From assembly GCA_028534125.1 (NCBI GenBank), contig CM052817.1:64296001-64360000 (forward strand): a stretch of DNA of 64,000 nt, given 5' to 3'. Origin of the DNA: Lama glama (lineage: Eukaryota). Positions 37,134 through 49,249 of this stretch are shown piece after piece; the stretch's first letter is position 1, and each line of letters begins with the position of its first letter. The notes below the pieces were generated by a model. That model did not search any database and was not told where the DNA came from. It saw only the letters and a list, made by a program, of their open reading frames with translations. Position numbers and translations under genes: made by a program.

Positions 37134-37779
37134 GCTAGAAGTATTTCTCAACTTAGAAGCAACAGAAGAAAATAATCAATGGATATGTCTGGGTAATATC
37201 TCAAAACTTCCATGTCAAACATTGTTTTAAACAGCAACCTAAATCAAAACAAACAACAACAACAACAAAAATAGTGATGGCAAATTTGAAAGAAGTATGA
37301 ATAGCTATATTATAAGTAGGGCTCATACAGGTAAGGTAAAATACAGAATCTCAATGATTGAGTATAAACAGAAGACAAATAAATCACATACAAAGGAACA
37401 AAATAGTAGTAAATATATGGTGAAAAATAACCTTAAAGTAATTAAAGAAATAGATGTTAAAACAAATCGCTGATAAAGATACAAAGACAATAAGCATGCT
37501 TTGCTCATACATTGCTTGTGGAGCTATAAAATGATACTGGCCATTTGGAAAGCATTTTGGCTGTATGTTACAGGTCAGAGTGCTCCCCTACATTTTGACT
37601 CAGCAGTCCCACTTCTGGGAATTTAGCCAAAGAAATACTCCAAAATATGGAAAAAGTTATATCCTGCACGTTGTACGTCACAGCATTATTTATATTGAAG
37701 ACTTGGCCACAGCTACAAGAGGCTAGAGTAGGGGCTATCTCCAACTTCCTGTAGCCACCTGGACCACAATGCTGCTTCA

Positions 37780-38100
37780 CATTTCTCTGCTTTGCACAGA
37801 GCATTCCTGGTCTCTGCCTGAAGCACCCTCCCTGCCTGTGTCTGTGAGCTGAACTCTCTTACTTATCCTCAACACTTTTGATCGGCATTTAAAGTCTCTG
37901 TCTTTTGTTCCCCCAACACCTCTTACATTCTCTGCATTGGCGCTTGGAGACGACCTGTAATTACTTGTTTACCTGCCGGTCTCCTCCACTCCACTGCGAC
38001 TCCTTCAAGGGTGTGGTCTATCGCCTTTTGATCTTAGAATCACTAGCGCCCTGCACGTGTTTCAGGTGCTTGAGAAATATTTCTCTAAAATATGGATGAA
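37780..38100 (+). mobile_element. L2 3' fragment
   Basis: tttgcacagagcattcctggtctctgcctgaagcaccctccc...ggtgcttgagaaatattt...ggatgaat. Confidence 0.6.
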
Positions 38101-39269
38101 TCACTGAGTCAAACCTTTGATAGACATTAAGGATGCTGATCATAAAGAGGATGTGGCAATGTGTGAATACATTATAATGTTAATTTTTAAAGGTACTACA
38201 TGTGGAACTATCTCAAAGTAATATGAAAATTAGATGAAAAAAGCAAGGTACAAAACAGTATACATAGTAGGCTACCATTTTGTAAAAAATAGTTGTAATA
38301 ATAAAGTGTGTTGGCATATTTCCTTGTTAATGGGTAGGCTATGTATGGAAGAAAATAAAAGAACATAGTAATGGTTTAGGGGATTGGGGAGTACAGACCG
38401 CAGGGCTAAAGATATAATGGGCAGGAGACCCGCTTTATTTTTCGATGAGATTACTGCTTTTTTTTTTTTAATATACTCTTCTGTTTTCAAAATTTGTACC
38501 GTGTATACGTACAAATTTTGTACATGTATATAATATGCCTGTTTCGAAAAACAAGTCAACCTATAAAACTGTAGGCGATTATATGAAAAAAAGTTAGGAG
38601 TTAATTCTTGCCAAATAATAACAGTTGTTAGATGGTGGGACTGTGGGGGATTTCGTTTTCATGTTTCTGCTTTCCATTTGTTTAATGTGGTTATATTGCT
38701 TTTACAATTACAAGGATACAACTATCAGTAAAGACATAAACCAATAACTAAGGAATCATTCTATTTATTTCAGCACAACTTTTCATGACTCAATCAATTC
38801 TGACCTATTTTAAGGAGGGAAAAAAAAAAAGAGTAATTTTCTCCCTGGAGATGTTGTAGGCATCTCCTTTATACTTCTGAGGTTGAAAAAATGGTTAATA
38901 AGTTTAATTACTGAAAAGTTAATCAGCCTTTCAAATGGCAGTGAGAGCAGGTAAAGCATGTTCTTCTAATAGTTGCCTAGCTAGACAACAAGATATGACT
39001 GACAACAGCATGTTAACCTAAGACACCAAATTTAATGAGCTTGTCTGTCTCTGTGTTTCCCATCCACCTTTCTGCCTCCCTCTTCCCTCTCTTTCTCTGT
39101 CTCTCTGCAACTCTCATCCTCTATTTTCCTTTTCCTGCTCTGTGGCCGGCCCTGATGGTCGCCTACCCACCCTCGATGCCTCCGTCCTCTCGGATCCCGG
39201 GTGGTGTTCCAGTGTCCCCACTCTTTTCACAGCCACATGCTTTGGGAAGACCCAACTCCAGTGAATGAG

Positions 39270-40290
39270 CCTTGACCTTCTGAGCCAAACCCGGCTGTTG
39301 CCAATGTCTGGTCCAGAAATGGGCATGAGACAACTCTGGCCAATGAGGAGAATCTGCTGGGAGTTTCCTCAAGCCAAAGAGATGTCTTCTTTTCGGCATT
39401 GGACTTAATTGTGTTTGGATATGACACCTGGATCCTCTACAGCCTGACCATAAAGACCATTCCAAAGATGGCAGAGTGAGGAAATGAAAAGAACCGAGCC
39501 ATCGTCGCCTGGCTGATTTGTTACCTCAGGGCTTCCTGTCCCAGGAGAGAATGCGTTGGTGGAGGCACCCTGAGGGAGGTTTTCGGTTTCCTGCAGCTCA
39601 AAGTGTTCTGTTTTAAACACTCTCCTTCTGGTGTTCTCCCCCGACCCTTTGATTTTCTCTTCTTGAGTCACCAGCAGGGTTTCCACGCTTCTCTCAGCAC
39701 CACTCTTTTTCTCCTTATCCCTCTCCCACCTCTTCCTCAACCGTTCCTGTCTCTCTTCAACTACACAGGGGAAACCTTTAGCACAGTCTGACCAGTTCAC
39801 ACCCACTCCTTTCTCTCGCTTTCTCAACCACAAAGTGCTTCCCCACCTCCAGCCACGTCTGTACATCACAGCTGACAGGTCAGGGTTGATCCAGGCGGGG
39901 CCAGCTGGAGAGTCTGTCTCTCTCCAGCTGAGATTCCTTAGCAAAGGGATCCCTGCACATGGCTGAAATGGAGGTGATATTTTCAAGAGGTGTGTTGGGG
40001 GAGAGCTGTGTTCCCAGGAGGAAGACAAGACTCTCTGCAGAAAGAGGAAGGAAGCACAAACAGTGAGAGAGACTAGGTCAGACTCTCTGACAGCGTGGGC
40101 TGTATATTTTGTGCTCTGAAAAGCTTCCAGCCCTGCTAAAGGCTTTCTACTTCAGAATATCTTCAAAAGGACCCTATCCTTGAGGTTTATGAGGTTTTTA
40201 GATAGAATTCTTCCATGGCACCCCATTTTGGCTCTAGCTACTTTGCCACGGGCATCTCATATTTGAAATCAAAGAACCTTGATTAAAACA
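39270..40290 (+). mobile_element. Degenerate ERVL LTR relics (LTR16/LTR33-like)
   Basis: aatgggcatgagacaactctggccaatgag, gatggcagagtgaggaa and the terminal aagaaccttgattaaaaca resemble these families. Probably more than one fragment. Confidence 0.4.
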
Positions 40291-42103
40291 GCAGGTCCTC
40301 CCACCTCAAATCCATTACCTAATGAAGTAGACTTAAAACATTTTTTAATTGGCCATAATGTAAATTTTTGTTATATTTAGCGAATTAAATATTGTGCCTA
40401 CTGTTCTTTGGTTGAAAAGGGAGTAGATTAAACTACTATATTTCTCTAAAATACAATGGATCCCCACAATCAGTACCATGCCCATGCCCCTCTGGCCCCA
40501 CGCCCACACATACCCATTAAAGAAGCTAGTTTGGAGGCCCCAGGAAGAACAGAAAAAGAAAGCATGTCTCACTCATAAATACAATTAAACAAGCATATGT
40601 AGAACACAGTTGTTTTACTTTTTAAAATCAATTGTAATTGCTTGTGTAATAAAATGAATTCTTTTACAAAATATGACAGAGCAGGCATTGATTTTTTTTT
40701 TTTATTCCACCTTCTTTTGGAAATATCACCTCAGTTTCCTCCTGCTTTGGAAATAGTGAGGCCTCTGACTCAAGGTGCCAGGCCCAACTCTCACCTCACT
40801 AGGGCAAGTGCATGACACACGTTCGGTCAACTGGAAACCCCCTTTCGTGATGCTGTGCAGGGGAAGGGGAAAAAAAACCCAAAACTGCCGAGTTCACTGA
40901 CTGCAGCCCCCGGACAAGTCTGAGGCCACCCTTCACACCTTCGGGATCCTCCTGGGTCTTCTGCCCTCCCTCTGGTCCCATAAGCTAGCTTCCTTCCTCC
41001 TAGCGAATCTGCCTTCTGATTAAATCACTCAGTGCCTGTTTTATGGCTTAGACCATAAAATTCCTAGTCAAAACTATGTGAACTTTTGAAGCTGCACTTT
41101 TCAGAGACAAATGTTAGCTTTTTTTTTCTGATTTCCAAAATAGGATATTCTCATTCTGCAATCTTTAGAAAACACTGGGGACATTATTAAAGAATCACCC
41201 ATGACAACATTTCCAAAGAAAACTACTATCAGTATTGAATATTTTCTTCAATAATAAATATTTTTGTATGATTGATCTCATTCTGAAGAGAAAAAAACTT
41301 AAACCCATCATATTTTCTGTTTGCCAGTGCCCAAAACTGGCATAGAGAATTCCTCCATCAGAGCAGAAGCAAGTCTACTCAATTTCCCGGCTGTGGCTAC
41401 CAGTCAAGAGTCTAACCTCGTCGCCCCATATCGCTAACCCTTAAGTGTTTTGCTTTTCCACCTCATATCAGTCTTTGTTTCCTTTTTTGATAAGACAAAC
41501 ATGCATGCATGCTCCCCTACATTCCTAACTCACTCCTCTTCCAAACAATCTCAAAATGCCATTCCCATCCCACCAACTCCACCCTTCCTTCCCTCTATCA
41601 CCAAATCAAATTATTTTGCAGTTAAGCATTTCAATGCCTTATAAAATCTGCCCCCATTTAACACTAGGCATGCTAATCATATTCAGTAATTTCCTCTCTC
41701 ACTGTTTGGTTTCTCTTACCTTCTAAAAACTTTGCTTCTGTGATGTATCTCTTTCCAATGGAACTATAATTGGTGGAACGTTGAACCTAATGTCCAGAAA
41801 CAGGGAATAGACATTAGCAGATTCATCAGATATCCATTTAGGTTTTATTATGCAGAATAAATTGATTCAACAACAAATATTTATTGAGCACATCTCCCAC
41901 TGAACACATCTGCAGTCATGATTTCTGCTCTAAGATTGAAATGAGCTAAGTGCTACAATTCCAGCAAAGTACAGTGTGATACAGAATCACGAAAAAACCC
42001 TCTTCCAGTTCTTTTTCTTTTTTAACTTTTCTGTAATAGTAACATTAAGGTGCAACTCTACTAGGAACAAAAACTAGTTCCATTTACAAAGATTGACCGT
42101 CTT

Positions 42104-42221
42104 TATTTTTTCTTTTTATATTTTTTGAGTTATAGTCATTTTACAATGTTGTGTCAAATTCCAGTGTAGAGCACAACTTTTCAGTTATACATGAACATAC
42201 TTATATTCATTGTCACATTTT
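42104..42221 (-). mobile_element. Very short L1 3' tail insertion
   Basis: tttacaatgttgtgtcaaattccagtgta..., with flanking repeat aaga(t/c)tgacc(g/a)tctt. Confidence 0.82.
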
Positions 42222-42309
42222 AAGACTGACCATCTTATATGTGAATCATTTATTTGAATCAGTTCAAGACTCTGAAAGAATAACTTTTAAGATTTATACT
42301 TAACCACAG

Positions 42310-42920
42310 AGGTATAGCCATTGTGGAAAACAGTTTGGCAGTTCCTCAAAAAGTTAAACAGAATTAACAGATGTTTCAGCAGTTCTACTCCTGGGTATAT
42401 ATCCCACAAGAATTGAAAGTAGGGACCCAAAGAGATACTTGTATACCAATGCTTATAACAGCACAATAGCCAAAAGTTAGAAATAATCGAAGTTCCATCA
42501 ACGGATGAATGGATAAACAAACTATGCTTACATTCACTAGTTTATGATTCAGCTTGAAAAAAGAATGATATTTTTGATACATGCTACAACATGGCTGAAT
42601 CTTGAAAACATGCTGAGTGAAATAAGACACAGACACATAAGAACACATATTGTGTGAAGCTACTTAAGACAAACACCTAGAATAAGCAAATTCACAGAGA
42701 CAGAAAGTAGAATAGAGATTACCAGGGACTGAGGGGGAAGGGGATGAAGAGTTATTGTTTAATAGGTGCAGAGCTTCCGTCTGAGATGATGAAAAAGTCC
42801 CAGAAATGGATGGTGGTGATGGTTGCACAACATGGCCAATACTTAATGCCACTGAACTGTACACTTAGAATTGGTTAAAATGCTAAATTTTATGGTCTCT
42901 ATATTTTAGCACATTAAACA
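42310..42920 (+). mobile_element. L1MB-like 3' end
   Basis: gtggaaaacagtttggcagttcctcaaaaagttaaac...gatggtggtgatggttgcacaaca...gccactgaactgtacactta. Confidence 0.88.
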
Positions 42921-44871
42921 GTCTACATTTACAACAAATAACAAGCTGAAGAATAGTTCAAAACACAGAAATAAGTTTCTTGCACAAGTCTAAATATGAT
43001 CAAAATTAAATGTCCAATATATATGCATTCTAAGGCTACGAGTTGTGTGTGTTCTCACTTGAAGAAATCTAACAGAAGTGAAAAAAATGAAAGTAGAGAT
43101 GATTGCATATAAAAGGCTCCCTCTTACAGAGGGATTTACCCAAGTATTACTTTAAACAAGGAGCTTCACCAGTAAAACTTAACTGCTCATTAATTGATCA
43201 GGGACAACCCAACAAAGGCTGTTGAGAGTGCATATGTGGTCTGAAAAGAGATGTCAGGAAGCTGGGGCCCCTCTTTAGCACACAGTCTTACCCAGGAGAC
43301 CAGCCGCCTGTGTTTTTCTCCTCCCAGAGGAGCTCTGGCCCCTCTCAAGCTTCCTGGGAGCATCCCACATACCTGACGTGATGGGGATGTGGTGGTGAGA
43401 GCCTTAGCTACCTTCTCAGCTGAAAGCCTGAGTTTTTCACTTTAGTCAGTCAGCTACCTTTTCTATGAGACTGTGAACTCCTTGAGGGCAGGAATCAGAT
43501 TTTCTCTGTAGTGTGTTACCTTGCAAATATTCCACAAGTGCTGGGTGCATAATATTATTTACTGAATAAATGAATGAATTCATTAATAACTTTAGCATAA
43601 AATGGCAATGAAAGGTCAAACAGAAATAGTTACAAAGCGGCTCTGAAATTCTAATATGCAAGAAATCCAATTGCGTCACAAAAGTTCAGGTGACACATAC
43701 AATCTCAGAGAAACAATCCTCAAAGCATCAAGTGAGCAAAATCTTTGTCCACGCTTATCCTATCTTTTCCTACAAAGGGATCCGTTTTCTATTGTGTTTG
43801 TAACTCTGCCTTGTACCCAAATGCACCACATTCACTGGGTTCACAATAAATGCTGTTGACAGAATGAATGACAAGGCAAAAAATAGCTCGCAGTACTTTT
43901 CATTTTTTACAAGTGTGGAAAGCATATTAAACCATCTGCTGATTAAAAATATGCGTGTTTTGACTTGCATATGAATCAAATTAACATATATAAATGCAGC
44001 ATTTCCACATCACTAGATTCACAGCCACAGCCAATAAATTTCCATGTTTCTTCAAATTCATCGATCCCAGAGTGACATGATTGAGTTATTAGGCATAAAA
44101 TACACAGTAATGGTTTATAACTAAAAACTCACTTTTGTTTTATTTCAAGTCAATGATCATTTATCCTCTAAACATTAAAAAAAAGGCATAAGATGATTGG
44201 GATTCTAAAATTTTATGTTCAGATTTGCTCTATAAATACCTAATGTCACCATGGGAAACTAAAGTTTGAGGTATAGAACAGGAACTATTACCCCTCAGTA
44301 TGATGAATTAGGAATAACCAAAGTACCATAGGTTAAGCCCTAGCACCTTGCTGCCTTATATAACCTGAGAAATGGGAAAGGTCTCAAGTTGCAGCTTCTG
44401 GAACCTCAGCTTCCACCTGTCCCTCTGCTCCCACTGGTCCATCACCACCGCCTTCTCTCCAAGACTGTCTGGAAGAGGGAAGATTCTCTGTGAAGCAGAG
44501 GAACAACTCTGTATACTGTTGCTCTCATGGACCAGGCAACCCTCCTGGAGGGAAGAACACATCCAACTGCACACCTAGGTCAGTCGAAACACCAGGTCTG
44601 GGCCATGACTATTAAGAGGGGGTCAACTGCTGTTACAAAGAGCGGGTTTGTCCCTTCCTCTTAACCCTTCGGTCCCACAAGATTCACCACCATCTAGAGT
44701 ATCTCTCTAGGACCAAGGACATAGCCTAGGAGGACTCTCCTGTACCCAGGCTCTCCGTTGGTACCCTGCTATTGATATATCTCTGGCAGCACAGAAATGC
44801 CCAGCACTCTGGTCATTGGGCCCTCCCAGGACTGCTGTCACTGAGCCATTGAGAACCATAGACGTTTTCCA

Positions 44872-45012
44872 GAGCACTGTTTTCTAGCCTTGTCTGGTGG
44901 TAAGAATCATCTAGGGCTATTGACATAAACATAAATTCCCAGGTCCTTTCCCTAGACATTCATTTTCAGTAAGTTTATTTGGGGTCCAGGAATCAGAATT
45001 TTTAACAAGTGC
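44872..45012. mobile_element. MER5-like hAT MITE
   Basis: taagaatcatctaggg...attcccaggtcc...ggggtccaggaatc...ttttaacaag. Confidence 0.6.
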
Positions 45013-45829
45013 TATGCTGGGGAATTTGGGGAAATACTAAGTTCAGCACATTTTCAAACTGTTCCAGAGAGTCTCATGGTAGGAGGGAGGTGCCCTGTGT
45101 AGATTGGATTCAAGCCTTGTCATCTATGGGGAAAATGAAGGTGAGTGTGCTTTGTACGCTGGGTATTTCTGTAAACCCAAGGTATATCATCATTATCATA
45201 ATTCTATACCTTTCGCCCCAGCTGGAGCCTGGAAATTAATACGTGTATTTCAATCCACAGCTGCTCTGGCTGCTGACATACAGTAAAGGAAGAAGGAGGG
45301 AGAGTCAGGGAGAAATGCAAACAGCATGAATTTTCTAGACATTAAAGACTGAATGTGTTAGCTGAATTATTCATTTATTGAACTGCCAATTTTTTTTAGT
45401 ACTACTATGTGAATAAATGTGAGTTGGGCTCTCAGGAGCAACTTGGTGCTAAGATAAGCACCTATACGATGGGTCACCATGCAAAGTTGGGTGCCTGTGA
45501 GGTTTCGTCATTCTGTGAGGTTGCCACAGCTGGGAAAAGTCTCTATGCTGGCAGTTTTGCTGCTGACTTATCATAAATTAAAGATGGATCTGTAGTTAGA
45601 GCACTGTCTCCCCCATGTACACAAAGACCAGGCCCTTCCTTAAAATATTGATGAAGAAAATTTGCAATGATGCCAGATGTAAAAGAAATGCATATTCTGA
45701 TAGGGTGCTAGGAGATCATTTATTTGAGACTTGAACAAGAAGTTGTGAGTTACATAGTGGCCTGTAGAATCACCTGGCACTAAGAAAAGGAAAATCATGC
45801 TCCAAGTCTCCTTAAGAAGATGAATTCAG

Positions 45830-45957
45830 GAGGAAGGGTGTAGCTCAAGTGGTAGAGCGCATGCTTAGCACCCAAGAGGTCACGAGTTCGATTTCCTCCA
45901 AGCAGAAATCAATGAAGAAACCTAATTACCTCTCCCTCATAAAAAACAATATGAGCC
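45830..45957 (+). mobile_element. Vic-1-like SINE
   Basis: tRNA-Ala-like body with TSD aagaagatg(a/c)attcag (45814-45829 and 45958-45973). Confidence 0.9.
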
Positions 45958-46041
45958 AAGAAGATGCATTCAGTCTTCTGTGATTGAATATATTCCTGTA
46001 TAGTAGCAGAGAAATGTACTGGTGCTTTTTTAAAAAAAACA

Positions 46042-46134
46042 TTTTTTTTTTTTCCCTTAACAGAGACACTGGGGATTGAACCTAGGACCTTGTGCACACC
46101 AAGCACATGCTCTACCACTGAGCTATATACCTCC
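46042..46134 (-). mobile_element. Vic-1-like SINE (short form)
   Basis: actggggattgaacctaggaccttgtgc...ctctaccactgagctata, with flanking repeat actg(g/a)tgcttt. Confidence 0.9.
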
Positions 46135-47097
46135 AATTCCTGGACTGATGCTTTCATCTGAAGCCATGATTATACAACTAAGTATTAGCAACTCAACTCA
46201 GCAAAGGCACATTGTACAAATAAATAGCATGATGAGTAGAGCAGTTAGAATTCCTAGCTGCAATTGTTTGGGAAGATTCTTTCAAGTTTCTGAATAAATT
46301 TTAAAAGATATAGGAATTCAAAGTTAACACTCCTCAAACTCAGAAATGTATCTTAGCCTCTTTAGACGTTGCGGCTCCTTTCGTTGTGACAAACATTCCT
46401 AAGGAGTCGAGTTGCAGCCAGGAGATGGCTTTAGGGTAAATAGGAAGCCTATTAGATGCCAAAAGTGTATTCAGTATCAAATATGCCTCTGAATAGCCTC
46501 TTTTGACAGTCACATAAAATACGCAAAAGACACTTAACAATTCTCATTTTCAATTATAATTCCTTAGGTCTTATTACTTTTTCCTCAGATATGTATAAAA
46601 AAAGTTTTTCCATGCCTATCCTGCTGATAAAATTTCAATCACGGAAACTTTCCCTTTCAAACTAACAAGACTTTTTTATCTCCCTGAGTTGGCAAGGTAA
46701 CGACTTTACAGGCCACTCAGAATTACGAGAGAATTGAAACTGGAGCAGCACAGGCAAATGAGATCCCTGCAGATAAACCACATAATTCAGGGCAGTCAGG
46801 AGTTGCAGCCTCTTCCCTCACTTAACCTTGTACCAAAGCTGTGGTGGGTAATTTAATTCCCTGAGCGCCTTTCTCTGTTGAAATGAACATGAATTTTCGG
46901 GTGACTAGACTGATGGAGGGGGTGGCAACACCCTGCAAAGGGAGGAAAACTGTACCAGGGCTTAGGAAATCTACCCTAATTAACTTGACGCCTTAAATCA
47001 GTTACTTCACTTCTCAAAAACCTTAGTTTTCTTATCTGAAAGGGAGGAGGTTAGATTGAATTTGTGGGCTAGAGATCTTGATCTAGAAGAACTCTCA

Positions 47098-47238
47098 GGG
47101 CTGGGGGTGTAGCTCAAGTGGTAAAGCACATGCCCAACATGCACAAGGTCCTGGGTTCAATCCCCAGTACCTCCACCAAAAATACATAAACCTAATTACC
47201 TCCGCCTGCCCAACAAAAAGGGGGGGAAAAAAAGAGCT
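47098..47238 (+). mobile_element. Vic-1-like SINE
   Basis: gggggtgtagctcaagtggt...ggttcaatccccagtacctcca, with flanking repeat aagaactctc. Confidence 0.92.
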
Positions 47239-48734
47239 AAAAGAACTCTCCAAAGTCCCTGCTTGGGGCAAGTGGGAAAAATAAGTGGGTTCTGGGCTGT
47301 GGTTCTCTCAGAACAGTTCTGTTCTGTTTACACGTTGGGGTTTCACATAAGATTTCATTTTCTGAAAGGTAACCCATGGCAAGGAAAGTTTGCAAACCCC
47401 TGGGCTAAAACAACTGTTTCCTTCCAGCTCTCACATGATCTGATTCTTTAACATTCAACAATAAGAGAGCTGAATGCCTGCTCAGGACACCAGAAGGTTC
47501 TCAGTTAAAGTATTCACTAGATATTGATAGAATCTGCAAAATGAAGAGATGCTTGGAGGATGTGAAAGAGGAAACAGAGAACCCAGGTGGCGCATCTCCC
47601 TTCCAGGTCGGGGAGAAGAGCTGTATCACTCTTTCCTCCTTCCCTTCTCCCAGCACATGCCTACCCCTCACCTAGTTGTTCTCAACTCTGGCTGCCCAAC
47701 AGATTCACCCATGGAACTATTCAGGGGCCTGGGCTCCTGAGATTCTGAGTCAACAGATGTAGGAATGGAAATTTTTCAGCTATTTCACTTTGGTTTGGTT
47801 TTGTTTTAAGATCCATAGGTCACTTTGATGTGTAACTAGGATTGAGAATCTCTGCTTGGCTTCAGCTCTCCAACCTTCACTAAGACTATTTATTCTATTA
47901 AAAGACATCAACAACCTCCTACAGGCCAGTTATCATTTGTAGGCAGACGACTCCGAGTGCAACTCTCGAGAGACGTCCACCTTCCATCTGGGTGTTTCAG
48001 CTCTTTGCCCACCAACCAGCCCTGCCTCCAATAGCCATCTATCTGTCAGTGGCCCCATGCTTCTTTCAGTGTCTCAGGCTCCCAGGGACCTGAAGACATC
48101 TTTGATTCTGCCACTCCTGTGCTCCCAGCATCCGATCTGCACAAGCTTAACAAACCTACCCTTGTATCTGTCCCTAAATCAGGCCTCAGCTTTTTATTCC
48201 TACTGCCACTCCTCAACCAGGCTCCATTTTTTGTTTATGGGACTCTCATCTCCCGACTTTACCCTCTTCAATCCATATTAATCTGACTTTGTTAGCCCCT
48301 TGTTGAAAAACTTCAATGGGTCCCCGTAGCCCACCTTAAAAAATAAACCCCTTCATCTATCTTTTAAGTTCCACAGTGGGAACCTAATCTAAGTTTCCAG
48401 CCTCATCTTTAATTACAGAGCAGCATGAACACAATCCACCAACTAAAGAGCTCTTCCGTAAACATGTCCTAGGCTTTCCTGATTGCACGCCTTCACCCTT
48501 ACTGCTCCCTCAGCCTAGGAGACCCTCCTCCCCATTCTATGCCCCTCCCTTCCTAAAGGCTCCCCACAGTCTCCAAATGAATCTGAAGCACAATGGAAAA
48601 CACTGTGCTTGACCATGTTTCATGGCAGTCGTCACATCCTGTCTTGGAGTGTGGTTATCTATGGCTGTGTCTGATCCCCTTTCCTGAGCCTCTGCTTCTT
48701 CAGAGCACTGCCCTGTGAGCCTTGCAGCTGTATA

Positions 48735-48960
48735 GAAAGAGTGGACTTGGAGCCAGAGAGCCTTCTGTTTAAATTCCAGCTCTGCCATCCAACAGCTGTT
48801 TGACCTAGTTCATATTATTTAGCCCTTCCCTGCTTCAGTTTCCCAATTTGTGAAATGGGAATATTAACATCCAGTTCCTAGGATTCAAGTGAAGTTTGAA
48901 TGAGATAAAATGTGTAAGATGTCTGACACAAAAAAGGCTCTCAACAAATGGTAGTTTCCA
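48735..48960 (+). mobile_element. MIR SINE
   Basis: Near full-length MIR pattern (ttggagccagagagcc...aaattccagctctgcca...cttcagtttcccaatttgtgaaatgggaata...gaatgagataa). Confidence 0.78.
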
Positions 48961-49249
48961 TTAGCAATTGTCAGATGGGGGCTGGACAGGCTTTGTCTAC
49001 AATGGAAGGTGATGTCCTGCTAACCGAGCCTTGTGGGAACCTTCCTCGATAGATATCCACTACCTGGTCCTTTGTACTCAATAAGATGATGACAGGGCTA
49101 TTTTAAATTTTGAGACAAGACTCTGAAACAGAGTAATGGTTTCTTACCTCTTATCTATTGGCCAATAATTATAAAGGTTGGTAGTAATAGTTAGTGAAAT
49201 GGCAAAAAGCCTGAAAAGAAAGAAAAAGGAGCAAGAAAATTCGGATTAA

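Noticed and set aside
39405..40028. 207-aa minus-strand ORF
   Set aside because: It lies in purine-rich, LTR-like degenerate sequence, with no recognisable domain or exon structure.
40826..40837. GTCAACTGGAAA as a possible third copy of the twin element
   Set aside because: The match is only 12 bp and does not extend in either direction.
47098..47180. tRNA-Ala-like sequences (this and 11 other copies) as real tRNA genes
   Set aside because: They have A-rich tails, often TSDs, and stem-disrupting substitutions, so they are SINEs.
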